Assembly: GCA_949358305.1 (NCBI GenBank)
Contig: OX442314.1
Span: forward strand, 18,786,001-18,850,000
Origin: Strigamia acuminata
Lineage: Eukaryota
Direction of reading: 5' to 3'
DNA length: 64,000 nucleotides
Shown: positions 53,601 through 64,000 of the stretch, in pieces
How positions within the stretch are numbered: position 1 is the first letter of the stretch
Layout: each line of letters begins with the position of its first letter
Made by a program: the position numbers and the translations under genes
The notes under the pieces: generated by a model
Database searches by the model: none
The model's input: only the letters and a program-made list of their open reading frames with translations
Told to the model about the DNA's origin: nothing

Positions 53601-56600
53601 TAAACCACATTGTTTTACACTAGGCGCATTCGAAAAGTAATTTGCACTAAACGACCAGTGCAACTGATAGTGTAAATGTCAAGTTAAACGACCCACTTTT
53701 CGAATGTAAAAATAAATTTCTGTGCAAATTTCAGTGTAAATTCAAGTGTAAATAAATCAGCCCAAATAATAACCATAGTCAAAATTGTTTCTCTTAAAAA
53801 ACAGGCGCGTTCAATTTCAACTTGTGAAATTATAAAAACTTGGTTATAATTATAAATGTAAGTTTATTTAAATTATTTTTTGTATTATTACTTATTTAAG
53901 AACGGGGAATCGGCCGAACGTCGGCCGAACGTCGGCCGCATTCGATCGCACAAATGCGGCCGAATACTGGCCGCATTTGAGCGCACAAATGTGGCCCAAC
54001 ACCGGCCGCATTCGATCGCACAAATGCGGCCGAACATCGACTGCATTCGATTGCACAAATGAGGCCGAACAATGGCCACATTCGACCTCACAGATGCGGC
54101 TAATAACTGCTACAAAATTGTTGTTACAATTGAAATCGTTGGAACCGATCTAACGAAAATCCAAGATGGCTGCCATCAAGACCCGATTTGAAGGAGAAAA
54201 CTCGTTGCACGGAGATTTTAAACGGAAACGTGGCGTACAGGCCGTTTCCGTTTAACCAGTTTACACGACATTTACACGAATTAATTCGTGTAAATGTCGT
54301 GTGAAAACGAGTGTAAACACGTTTACACTCGTTTTAATGACTTTTCGAATGCGCCTACTGTATGTACATTGAAAATATGTAAATTTATGTTGTTAATGTT
54401 TCTAGGTTTTTTTCCAACTTTGTTATCCCGGACTTAACTGATAACAACATGCTGCATGTTTATCAGCTGCACGGCAATTTCTACTCCGCAACTGAAACGC
54501 ATTTTATTCACAGAATCGACCCTATTACACTGCACACAAAAGAACGGGTAGAAGATTTAACATGACATTTTTTTAAAGCGTCAAGTGAAATTTCGCTCTG
54601 TACTTTAGATCAATGTGACCAATATTTTTCCAGTTCACATACTTTCATCACAACCGCTAATTGACCAAGACGGAAATACATACAACATAGGAGTTTCGTT
54701 TACCAATTTAAAATACGTAATTCTAAAATTTTCTCCAAATGATCCTTTAACTCAAGGTAATAAGTAAGATTGCTCGAGAAATGGGGCAATGCCAATTATC
54801 TAATTTATTTCCGTTACTTGTCATTTTGTGCTGTATTTTGTTACATTTGTCTTTATCTCCAAATTTCTACTACCTAGTCTGCAATTACAACCTTGCTATA
54901 ACCTTTATTTCTGCTTGCACATATTATTCTACGACGTTGTAAGTATTCACTTGTAACATTTGTTTCGTGAGGTCGTTGTGATTTGTGAAGGAGTACTTGC
55001 ATATGTGCATATGCACAATATTAAATTAAACTTGTGCTGCTGAAATCTTGCAAACAACACGAGACAATAATTTGTTGTTTGTATTTAGGATTAGACGACA
55101 ATCCATTGGAAACTGCTTCAATTTTTTGCCAAATTCCTTTTCGTTGGAAAATGAAATTTTCTTACTGCCATAGTTTCGCCATTACCAAGAATTACATTGT
55201 TTTTCATGAACAACCATTGGTAATGAATGGAATGAAACTAATTGCCTCCCAAGTGCGTGGTTACTGTTATAAGGACTGCATGGATTGGTATCCTGAAGAA
55301 AAAGTATCAGTTTACATCATCAACAACTTATATTTTGGTTTATTTCTTTTGAATTTTATTTTGTAGAATCGCTTTTATGTCATTGACAAAGCGAATGGTT
55401 CAGTTTGGAAGACTCAGTTCATCACTAGTGTTCCACATTTTGCTCTGAATCATATAAATGCGTACGAAGAAGATGGCCATATTGTGGTTGATATAGTTAC
55501 CTACCCAAATGCAGAGATTTTGGATAAATTATATCTTAATAAGTTGCGTGCATCTCAGCTTGATCTGTCTTCGCCGCCACAAGCACAGAGATTTGTTTTG
55601 CCCATGCTTAAAAAGATTAAGGTTAATATTTTAAGTAGATTTTTATGTGGCTGTTTATTAATTTTCTAATTGCTTTTTAGGATGTTAAATGTAAGCAAGG
55701 TGAGAACCTGGTGAAATTGAAAGGTTGCAACGCAGAAGCAAGGGTGTCAGATGGCGTTGTTGTCATCCAGCCAGAGAATCTTGCACCAGCAGGGTTTGAT
55801 TTGCCGCAAATTAATTGCTCTTACATCGGCAAGAAATACAAATATGTTTATGCAACTGGATTGTTGTTCGATGGAATTTACAAAAATGGGGTAGATTTTA
55901 CGTTTTCTTACAGTAATCCCTCCATTTGTTTCCTTATTCTCCTGGTTTGCTATTTTACAATGGCCCGTCCTATGGCTGGAGCATAGAGAATCAAGATTCT
56001 AGAATGCATAGTAAGAGTTTGGAAACGATCAGTTTGCACTTAAATTCACACTAGATTAAGACTTGGACTTAGCAATGGATTGTGGAATTGAATTAACACA
56101 ATCCCGAAATATAATTTTGAGTTGACTTAATTGGTTACAAGCTGCCAATCAATCACAAGTCCTTACTCTTTCGCAGTGATGTGCGATCGAGTCTGCGAGA
56201 TAATTCGAGACTGTGCGAAATTTTTCGAGGCATTACTGTACATAGTGCAATTAAAATTGAGTAAAACTGCCAGTTGGGTAGTTTACGATTTACTTAACGA
56301 GTTTATTTATTTTTAGTTGGTCAAGCTGAATGTTCAGACTAAAGAGTACAAACTACGGAAACTAAATGAAGATATGACATTTTCGGAACCCGTGTTTGCA
56401 CCTCATCCACATGCTTGCAGTGAAGATGATGGTAAAGCTATTCATACAGTATTGATATTAAACATATCTTTTGACATGATTTTTAATCACTTAGGTTTGG
56501 TTTTGACGATTGGATTGTCTTTTAAAGACAATATTTCAGACTCATTAAGAATATTTGATGCTAAAAGCTTTACTGAAGTGGCTCGGCTTGTCGCTAATGG

Positions 56601-56685
56601 ATTTCCATTGCCGCCTCTGTTTCATGGCAGATATTTTCCTTTTGCTTCAGAAGATGAAAACAAAATATTAGCAAACGAAGATTAG
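50645..56685 (+). CDS. Carotenoid cleavage oxygenase family paralog 1 (RPE65/BCO/NinaB-like)
   Basis: EGEIPKWLSGVFLRIGPG, HWFDG, TEFGTKAHPDLCK, TDNN, ATETHF, YCHSFAIT, INAYEEDG, FDLPQIN, SEPVF, EDDG, LFHG. No frameshift was noticed in the exons. Confidence 0.92.
52660..53272. mobile_element. Degenerate MITE, same TIR family, in a paralog-1 intron
   Basis: Left GCATTCAAAAAGTCCTGTTTTAAAT and right CTAAAACACTTAAAACAAGACTTTTGGAATGC match the 49433 element. Confidence 0.6.
53618..54360. mobile_element. Tc1/mariner-pogo-type non-autonomous element, 743 bp
   Basis: TA|CACTAGGCGCATTCGAAAAGT ... ACTTTTCGAATGCGCCTACTG|TA: 20/21 TIR match and a TA TSD. Confidence 0.88.
53910..54100. repeat. GC-rich tandem repeat, ~35-nt unit GGCCGCATTCGATCGCACAAATGCGGCCGAACATC, about 5 copies
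   Basis: Each unit is internally palindromic (GGCCGCATT...AATGCGGCC). Lies inside the 743-bp element. Confidence 0.85.
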
Positions 56686-58464
56686 AAATGGCAATGTTAA
56701 ATGAATTTCAAGTTGTTTTATATCGTTTATATTATTTTTTGTAAGATTTTTTTAGTCTAAATAATATTTCAAAAGCATATTCACAAGTTTAAAACAAATT
56801 TATAAAGAAATTTTGTATAAATTTAAAACTGATTTACACTTACACATTAGCAGCATTAGTTATCATCAAATTAGTATGTGGGATTGACAGAGTTACATCA
56901 GGAAATCCAATTGAAAAAATTAATTAAAATAGCTTTCAAATTTGAATACACAATATTCAAAATAGCACCAAACTTTATTAGATCTATGATAAAATTTTCG
57001 CACCTGCGATTCCCGTGCCACATCCATCCTAAAAACAAACCTTTTCGTGTTTTCGATATTTAAATAATAAAAAAAGTATAAAATCTAGTCTAGAAGTTAG
57101 TTCTACAGACAATAGGCCTGGTTCCGAAATTTAATAAACATTGAAAACGAAACATTTCCAGTTAGATTGGGCCTCCGTTTTGAAATCCGCTGACAGCTGG
57201 CGCTTGATGCTATTCCAGTTTCAACTCTCTTTTTGAGGTCGGCATTGATTGGTACAATGAAATGCATGAAAATAGATATAAAGAGGAATCAGAAAATGGA
57301 GAAAAAGTACTTAGATGCATGGAAATGCGAAAACGCAAGCTCAGATCGTTTTTACGAGCATGTGTTGACATCCCAATTTGTAACAAATATCACGAAAGCA
57401 CGAGGAATAAAATAATGCGCTCAGTTTGATCAGCATTCTTTATGCTGCGGAAGTATCCACACGGATGAAAGAAAATATCATAGGGCACCACCGAATCGCA
57501 CTTAAGTCTGAGCGTATCTATGCAAGCTTGAAGCTGATAAATCAAACTCAATTTGATCGGAGCGTGTGAGTACAGTCGTGGTCATAAAAATCGTCCCAGT
57601 CCAGCTTGAAGCTCACCTGCAGTATGAGCGTTTTTGGCTGTATCCACCAGGTAGTGCAAAAACTCACGGATATGTTTTGACAAAAGGCATGATGTCACAC
57701 AATTATCTAAACCCATGATGATGTGCAGGTGATTGAGTTTGTGTTTGCTCAACCGAGCGAGTTTCATGTAAAACCAAGCTTGTGTTTCCACCTTTAGGCA
57801 GGTTTCCGTGCTTTTCTGATTCCTCCAAGTGTCTATTCTGACTTTAAGTGCGTTAGAATAGCTGCCACGGTTATTCCAAAGCATTTGATCAATTAATTAA
57901 GACTAATGTTTAATTCAATTTTCTTTGCAATAAAGCATTTTGTTTTTATTTTTCTGTTTTCCTTTTCCTTTTTATAATTTCCGTTTAAAATGTTATTTTT
58001 ATCTTTACTTTTTCCTTTTTTATTGAAGTTGAAAACATTTACAAGTCACACGTTGTGATGAGCGCTTTAAATCAAGTTGATTTTTTTAATAGTTAATTAG
58101 AAATCTTAGGTTGATGACTTACGTTGTAGGTAAGGCAAGGAAAATAATAAATTGAAATTTTTTTTAAAAGAAAACCAAATGTAATTGTACAATTAAATTT
58201 TATTTTATTAATATTAGCTGCGATATTTGTCTTCTTCAAATTCCAGTTTCTCAAACGCGAGCGTCTGAATAAGAGGCCAAACTCACGAGTTTTACCCTAA
58301 ATTGAGGCCATTCACCTACAAACAGAAGACCAATCACGTGATGTGGCCGCGTGTATTTGAAGCCAGATCTGTTGTCCACTATTCCATTGGTACATATAAG
58401 CCGAACAGAAGGCATCATTTTAACCTGCGTGGGTTTTACTGCTTATTCCAAGCGCACATATACG

Positions 58465-61400
58465 ATGGATGTTAGCAAATTATTTTATAATGCAGACGAC
58501 CATCCTGATCCTATTGAAGTACCCATCAAAGGTATGTTTACTCGGATGTATTTTCTACTCAATTAAGACAGTTCATAATGTAATATTTTATGATGTAACT
58601 TAGGAATTACTTTAATTTGTGATCACAAACCACAGGTGATTGTCTTAGTCGGATCTCAGATTGTAAAAACGATATAACAAATTTATTAAAATACAACAAT
58701 AAAACAAATTTATTAAAATACAACAACAAAACAAATTTATTAAAATATTAAAATAATTTTGTTTAAAAATATTTGTTGAAATTAAAGGATGATGGGTGGA
58801 TTTTTAAAACATTGAAATTGTAATATTTTAATATTTTATACAGGTGAAAGTTATTTTAAAAAAAGTTGGATTTTTTTTTTTGTTTTTTATTGATAAAAAT
58901 GGAAAACCAGTGATTGAGATTATCTTTTAGTTTGTTGTCCTACTTTGTTTTTTAAAGGAAATCGCTTTCAATGGGGAAATCGGTTAGTGTGACAAATTTC
59001 TCAGGCTTCAATGAACTCATGTCATACCATCATTCCCCCTACGTACTTTATTTATATAAAAAAAAGAAAACAATTACTTTTTGTAACTAATTTTTTTTTT
59101 CAGGTTCTGTACCCGATTGGGTAAGAGGAATTTATTATAAAATTGGTCCTGGAAAATTCGATTTACCAAGTGGATTCACTGTAAATCATTATTTCGACGG
59201 ATATTCTATTATATATCAATTTAAAATTGAAGATAGCAAAAAGGTAAACGAATATAATCACAATACAGTATTGGTATTTTATTTTGAATTAATTTTGCCC
59301 TAAATTAAATTTGTGTCAACAAACTTCCATAAACCTTCTAAATCTATTGTTCACATTGTCCGAGAGGAAAAAGTTCAAACAGTAACACAAGATGAAAATT
59401 TATAAATAACATGCTAAGCAATTACCATCACAACTACGATAATATCTAGTTCATGTTGACCTTGATTCCTGTTCCCCTTATTTGCGGCTTTTCCGCAATA
59501 CAAGCGAAAAATCACATAATAGTGTCATTACCATGTGATATACACTTTAAATTGTGGACTTTTTTTAAGATCACTTTTCGAGCACGATATGTTGAGAGTG
59601 AAGCGTATAAGCGAGCTATGGCTATTGGAAAACCAGTTTTTACCGAATTTGGGACTAAATCCTACGAAGATTCTAGTAAAAATGTCATGTCTAGGTATAA
59701 AATCATACAATTTACGGTTGTAAATTGAGATTTGAGACCTAATTATGTATCCGGTAGAACCATTAATAAAATTATGCCAAGCGATATGACTGATAATGCA
59801 CAAGGAAATCTATTTGTCATGAACGGAAGATTATACGCGGCTACAGAGACTTGTTTCATTCGCCAAATTGATCCAGAGACATTGGAAACCAAGGAAAAGG
59901 TTATTCTCATTAACTACCATACTAAGAAAACATAAAAATAAATTTTATTTTGGATTTAAATTACAGTTTGACTTGTGGAAAACCGTTGGAGTTAATTTTT
60001 GCTCTTCTCATTACATAAAAGACAGAGATGGTACTTTGTATAATGCCGGAGCAGCTCTTATACCCACTTTGAAATACCATATTTTCAAGATACACCCATC
60101 TTTAAAAGCCAGTGATTCAAAATACGGTAACAAATTTAATTTTTGAATTAATTTAATTGCAGAAATTTTACGCTAGAATGCTGATTAAACAGATAAAAAT
60201 CCATTCCGAGATGTCCAACAAGTTGGAAACATTTCCTCTTCTTGGAAAACATCTTTTGGTTACAACCACAGCATAGCAATAACCGATAATTACATTGTAT
60301 ACGTTGAACAACCATACCTCGTCAATTTAATCAAATTGATAACTACCCAAATCAAAGGAAAGTCCTTAAAAGAGTGCATGGATTGGTGCCCCGAAGAAAA
60401 GGTCAGACAATCATTATCGGCCCTTTTCATTTGTTTTTATTTTTCTCGTATTTTATTTTTAGTGTCGCTTTTATTTAGTTGATAAGAAAAATGGTTCGAT
60501 GACAAAAATTAAATACGAAGCTGCGGCCATGTTTTTCTACCATTTTGTTAATGCTTACGAAGATGGCGACTTTGTTGTTGTTGATTTGTTAGCACACGAC
60601 ACACCAGTCATGTGCGATAAGTTTTTATTACAAAATATGCGCAACTCTCAAGTGTACGAAACTCCTGACCATCCAGGTTTGCGTCGTTTTGTGTTGCCCA
60701 TTTGCAATTTGAAGGTGAAATTTACAACTATAGCTAGTTTAATTAAAACGATTAAATTGAGCACTTTTTCCAGCATGAGCCAACTAAAGTCAATTTGGTT
60801 AATTTGAATTACACAACCGCCACGGCTGAAAAAGAAAAGGATGACACAATTGCATTAATACCCGAATGCATCGGCGAACTTGGTTTTGATCATCCATGCA
60901 TTAACGTCAAACAATGCTTGGGAAGAAAATATAGATATTTCTACGCCGGTGGATTGTACGGGGAAGATACAATATACCGCAGATCGGTATGTACACTCTG
61001 GAATCTGGATCCAAAGAGGGATCTGAACTTTCATAATTTGATACAAAATAAATAAATAAAATGAAGTCGGGGAAAGAGTAAAACTAGAACATCTGGTGAC
61101 AATTATCACCACTAGAGGGGTTTGATGACTTCCGGCTTTCTAGTTCTGATTCCGGCTGGCATGTTTTGTATCCAAGCGTGGAGTAAGATTAAAGTTTTCA
61201 CTGTATTAATTCAAAAGTTGTTTTTGAAAATCATATTAAATTCGTGTTGATATTATTTTAGGTCTTTAAAATGGATCTTCAAACAAGAGAAGTGAAAACG
61301 TGGCAAAATGCCGAAGAAAGTATTATGGGCGAACCTCTGTTTGTGCCTAATCCAACTGCCGTTGAAGAAGACGACGGTAATGATGTGTTTTGAATGGCTC

Positions 61401-61598
61401 GTGATGTAAGTAATTTATTAACCTTTTCTATGTTTAATTTCGATAGGAATAATTATTGCAACCGCTAGTGATGTTAGGCCTACTCACCGTAGCTTACTCG
61501 TATTTCTTGAAGCAAAAAACATGACTGAACTGGCAAGGGTTGACATTCCCATTGGCATTAAAGTTCTTAATCATGCTTTTTTCTTACCGTCTCAGTAG
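58465..61598 (+). CDS. Carotenoid cleavage oxygenase family paralog 2, all four Fe-histidines intact
   Basis: GSVPDWVRGIYYKIGPG, HYFDG, TEFGT, TDNA, ATETCF, CSSHY, YNHSIAIT, FYHFVNAYE, FDHPCIN, GEPLFVP, EDDG, LNHAFF. Confidence 0.93.
58676..58747. repeat. 27-bp AT-rich tandem repeat, ~2.7 copies
   Basis: AACAAATTTATTAAAATACAACAAYAA repeated in intron 1 of paralog 2. Confidence 0.75.
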
Positions 61599-61770
61599 AT
61601 AAGTTTAATTTCATCTTATCTACTTTGTGTATATCCAATTTAGTTATCTCGTAGCGGCACAAATAAAACTCCAACACGGCTCTCTGGAAAATATTTTTTA
61701 TTTTTTTTCATTTGCATTTTCAAAATTGTTTTATCCTTTTATCCTTTTTATCCTTTTATGAGTGTACAGT

Positions 61771-64000
61771 TTACTTTTTAAATACAAATATTCCGTGGTT
61801 TCCTACGGTGACACTATTCTCGAATTCAGCTCGAGCAATTTCTGTAAAGGATTTTGCATCTAAAAATATCATCATGGATTTATTTTTTCCAGCTTCTGTT
61901 GCAACCGAAATAACAATTCCTAATTTGAAAAAAATGATACGAAATTTGTTAAAAATAATTAATATTTTAGTCGAAAATGGGAAAACATTTACCATCATCT
62001 TCATCTGTTGCTTCAGGATTGGCTACAAAGAATGGTTCGCCAACAAAATGAGCGTCATTAGTGCTTTTCCACATTTTTACGAGTTTGGTTTCAAAATCTA
62101 GTTTGTGTAACTGAAACGTAATTTGAATATTTACAGCCACATAAAATACCGTGAGTAATTTGTAAGCCTTACTTCTTTTTGAAACATGCCAACCGAATAC
62201 AAAAATCTGTATTTCTGGCCAATTAATTTTTCATTCAATCGAGCAAAATCCATTTGTATTTCGAAAGGAGTTTCCGGTGTTAGTAGAATGTGCTCACTTT
62301 GAAGTTTAATCGCAGTTGCTGTTGTACAACTCAATTTGACAAGATTTTCTTCAGTTTTAGCTTTCTGGTATAAAAAAAAATTATTTTTATTTTTATAGGC
62401 CTGGCATAAACACGTGATATTACTCACCTTGAGGTGTTTAACGGGCAATACAAATCTTTGAAGTTTTCCTAAAGTACCTAGATAAACTTCACTATTTCGT
62501 AGTTTGCACAGCAAAAGAGAATTCATGTTTTCAGGATTTTTGTATGTAATAATATCAATAATTAAATATCCATCCTCTTCGTACGCATTTAAAATGTGAA
62601 GAAAAAAAAACTTTTCTGAAATAAATTTTGTTTTTATTAAATTGCTTGTTGAACGATCAATCACTCTGAATTTAGTCTGCAAATACAATGCAAACAAAAC
62701 ATTAGTTGCGTTAGAAACAAGTGTAAAATGTAATTTTTTGAACCTTATCCTTATTATTGTTCCACTGTAAGCAATCCATAATTGATTTTCCTTTTATTTG
62801 CCCAGCGATAAATGACAATAAATTAAGTGTGAACGGCTGTTCTAAAGCAACAAAATAATTTTCACTCATTCCAAAGCTGTGTGTATGAGGTATTGAAGTC
62901 ATCGAAGTTTGGGACATTGTTGCAACAACTTTGACATGTTTTCTCATATCAAAAGCTTTAATATTATCTAAAAAAGTTTAAAAAAAAACTACGACGAATT
63001 TTTTGTCAAATCTAAACTGCCAAAACATTTACCAGCAGAATCGTCAGATTTATTCTGTGGTGGAGCGGGAAATTGAATTATTTGGGGTTTCAACATTCCC
63101 AGTTTTGAAGCATTGACGAAAGTAAACGTGGCTCCGGTATTGTCCTGAAGATAACGTCCCGCAGTTGTAATAATATTACTGTTGCTCAAGTCGATTTTAG
63201 CAACCGATTGCAATGTGTCAGGATCGATTCGATGTAAGAAAAAACTATTACTATTCGCATAAATTTGGTCACGATAAGAAAATATATATCCAGCGTTGTT
63301 GTCTGTTACGTCAGTTGGAAAAATACTGGAAACAGTTCTGCAAAGTGAAGTACAGTGAACTAACTCTCTCTGGATCGGACACCCCTCTAGACCAGGCGAA
63401 ACTTTGGGACCTGGTGGTACAAACAGTGGCGGTTTCAGCAAGTGCGAGGACTACCATCTTCTCCCAAATACAACGTCATTTTTTCAAAAACTTGCTTTTT
63501 TGGAAGTTATCGAAAAATTTCGAATATAACGTCAGTTCAAATACGACATCATGTCATTGTTTTCGAATACAATGGCATTTCGTTATATTCGAGTACATTG
63601 GCGGGTGCAATGCCGGAAACGATGATAAAATGTCTAGAGGAAACCACTATAGACCTGTTGCCCTTGTTCATAAACTATTGTAGACTGGTCTGGAGGGAAT
63701 TCACTCAAAGGAATTAAGACTACATAGTTGATTAATTTTAAAATATTTAGTCTAAAATTAGTCTTTGTTACCTAGAAAGTACATTTTTATTTGGATTTGG
63801 AAATTGTCTAGTTCCAAACTCTGCATGCGTGGGTTTTCCGAATTCCATTGCTTCCTTATAGGCATCTGAATTTAAATATTTGGATCTGTAGCGAATCTTA
63901 TACGAATTAAAAATATTGTTAATGAATATTTTGAAAATAGTGCTCGGTGCTTACTTTGTTATTTTCAATTTCATATTGAAATATAATGCAGTAACCGTCA
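61771..64000 (-). CDS. Carotenoid cleavage oxygenase family paralog 3, 5' end outside the window
   Basis: AEFGT, TDNN, IDPDTL, HTHSFGMSENY, FLHILNAYEEDG, MDFARLN, GEPFFV, EDDG, GNHGIF. Convergent with paralog 2. Confidence 0.9.
63353..63705. mobile_element. Old pogo/Tigger-like TIR element in a paralog-3 intron
   Basis: Left TA|CAGTGAAC..TCTCTCTGGATCGGACAC versus reverse-complemented right end AGTGAATTCCCTCCAGACCAGTC: about 16/23 match, mostly transitions. Confidence 0.45.

Noticed and set aside
53910..54100. CRISPR-like array of palindromic repeats
   Set aside because: Units are head-to-tail with no unique spacers, there are no cas genes, and the tract sits inside a eukaryotic MITE.
61123..61150. 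TGATGA...CTGA pair suggesting a C/D snoRNA
   Set aside because: The boxes are only ~17 nt apart, which is too short.
63213..63717. + strand ORFs of 156 and 91 aa
   Set aside because: They are antisense to oxygenase 3 and overlap an intronic repeat, with no transposase motif recognised.

Overview
AT-rich, gene-dense genomic DNA from an invertebrate animal, with mostly ~55-90 nt spliceosomal introns. Protein similarities suggest an arthropod, and a non-insect one is a guess only. Gene order: partial mGluR/mangetout-like class C GPCR (-), Hyperkinetic/Kv-beta (-), a 2-kb gag-only copia-type LTR element, SRPRB (+), KLHL17 (+), PHB2 (-), MRPL47 (+), HPS3 (-), WRAP73 (+), TPRG1-like (-), PEX10 (-), GAPDH (-), SLC25A11 (+), DJ-1/PARK7 (-), DHX36 (+), DUF1397-like (+), TPR+TM protein (+), NECAP (-), then three carotenoid-oxygenase (RPE65/BCO/NinaB family) paralogs (+,+,-; the last is partial). 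Highlights: (1) a composite C/D-H/ACA scaRNA (U85/U89 type, predicted to guide U5 Cm45 and Psi46) inside an AT-AC minor-spliceosome intron of PHB2; (2) a very young TR-GAG-like LTR element with identical LTRs, TSD, PBS and PPT but no pol; (3) two of the three carotenoid oxygenases have lost Fe-binding histidines; (4) the GPCR lacks both distal glutamate-binding residues; (5) 13 consecutive genes have human homologs on the 1p36/3q2/12p13/17p13 paralogon; (6) several MITEs. CDS coordinates are gene spans including introns, assembled by eye. Homolog comparisons are from memory, not database searches.
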